Source: Hydrolagus colliei (taxonomy: Eukaryota). Taken from it: a stretch of 64,000 nt of DNA. This document shows positions 62,501 to 64,000 of the stretch, in pieces. Where the stretch lies: contig CM068748.1 of assembly GCA_035084275.1 (NCBI GenBank), forward strand, positions 2,976,001-3,040,000, given 5' to 3'. Made by a program: the position numbers and the translations under genes. The notes below the pieces were generated by a model, which searched no databases, was not told where the DNA came from, and saw only the letters and a program-made list of their open reading frames with translations. The stretch's first letter is position 1, and each line of letters starts with the position of its first letter.

Positions 62501-64000
62501 GTACAACCCATGCTTAGATTTATTTTACATTCTGGGATCAGTCTATTGATTTCAGCTGTATAAATCCCTTCCTGCTTGGTTTCTGCATAAACAGAATCCA
62601 GTTCACACCATTGAAGCATGAAGAACACGTTTTAAGACCGATATACACTGTTATGTTAAAGCAGATTGATCCTCTGGGCTTGGTTCAGCATTGCCCAAGA
62701 TGACAAGCAGCTTTCAATCTTATGTGTTCAATTGTATTTCTTTGCTTCCTGGCCCTGGGGAACAAAACTACTGTTAATAGAGAGCTTGTGAGTGAGAAGG
62801 GGCAGCACAGCATCAAAGTCATTGAATTCCCCATCTCCATGTTCTCATAAAGGTTTTAATTGTCTTGCAGTTTTGCAGAATGTACAGAGCCTGAATTCCA
62901 ACACCAAAGCCTATTGGCAACATTAATGCCTATCCTTTGTGGGTTTTCTGCTGGGTTTAGAGGTGAAATCTTTCAGCTGAGTATCTCCTCTGATATACTG
63001 GATTTTAAATGTTTTTGATTCTAAGCTAAATACATACATGTAGATAAATATCACTTCTGGCATGTGCAATAAATAATGTATGTGTACTCTTTGCCTTGGT
63101 ATATTAAAGTGAGATAGCTAAGGTGCTCCCTGATGCTTTCCTTATGCTTCACATTACAGTAAAATCCTTTGAGCTGTTTTGACGATGATACAACATTATA
63201 TCAAATTCAAGCATTATTGTTCTTGGACAGTGAGTGTCAGCAGGTTATTCAACAATGAAGACAATCCTTGTACATTTTGAATCAGTTAATTCACCCCAAA
63301 ACTAACCTCTTAAAGGATAAGTATCTTCGGGAACATATGGTTTACAAGCTGAATGCAATTGTCTCTCTTTACTCATTCCAACATTTAGGTAGGCTTGATG
63401 CAATTTATGAACCACTTACACTGGAAATTTTTAGCAGTGATGTAAATCCACTCTTGATTCACAAGATTCCTTTATGAACATGGACAGATCAGCTTTCTAG
63501 CACATCCCTGTTCAAAAAGCCAGCCCTCAACGGCAACCAGAGCTGTTCCTGTGTAAAGAGCTCCCAGGTATTAGTTACAATATCTCCAGCAGCCTCTCTC
63601 GCCTTAAAACTACAGCCCGAGGCATTGTGGCTGGGAATGCATGTTCCACAAGTATGAGTGGCACACATTTGTGAAAAAGGATTAATAAGGTAATTAATGT
63701 CTGTGTTTGCACTGCCACTGACTCATTTATATTAATAAACTGGTATAACGTTAAGAAACAGCCAGGGCACCACATTTTAGGCAGACTGTAAACTAGCAGA
63801 TTTTAATCAGAAGCACGCATTCCAGAGATTTGAAAATATATACCAGATTTATACTATATTTCCAGAGTAAGCTGGACTTTGGGATCAGTGCTGCTCTAAT
63901 AATCTCAGTTTGAAGTGATTATTTCAGGTCAGAGTACTGAGGTCAGATTATTGAGTTGTGGAGATCAGACTTCCAGCAAATGAGCCCTGAATACCATCAT

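Overview
Vertebrate genomic DNA with no prokaryotic features. The repeat families (tRNA-headed SINEs with L2-type tails, Deu-domain SINEs, CR1, L2, palindromic Penelope-type elements) suggest a cartilaginous fish, possibly a chimaera; this is an inference. The window lies inside the 5' half of a minus-strand CTBP2/RIBEYE-type gene. Two exons are well supported: the short CtBP2 N-terminal exon (MSLMDKHKVKRQRLDRICE|G, 55242-55185) and the large RIBEYE A-domain first exon (38935-37150, 595 codons). Both end in phase-1 GT donors. I did not find the shared dehydrogenase-like (B-domain) exons, which should lie beyond position 1. The rest is intron rich in SINEs, LINEs and MITEs. Worth a second look: two more ATG-initiated, phase-1 candidate first exons (20491-20392 and 7735-7633); a CRX/OTX-type TAATCC cluster upstream of the RIBEYE exon; minimal hammerhead-ribozyme cores in Penelope-type repeats; a 255-bp inverted repeat; a perfect 47-bp hairpin; an exact 23-bp direct repeat; and a CpG-rich hAT-like MITE. 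I see no clear evidence of a wholly new biological system. The best novelty candidates are the extra first exons and the intronic ribozyme and dsRNA structures.
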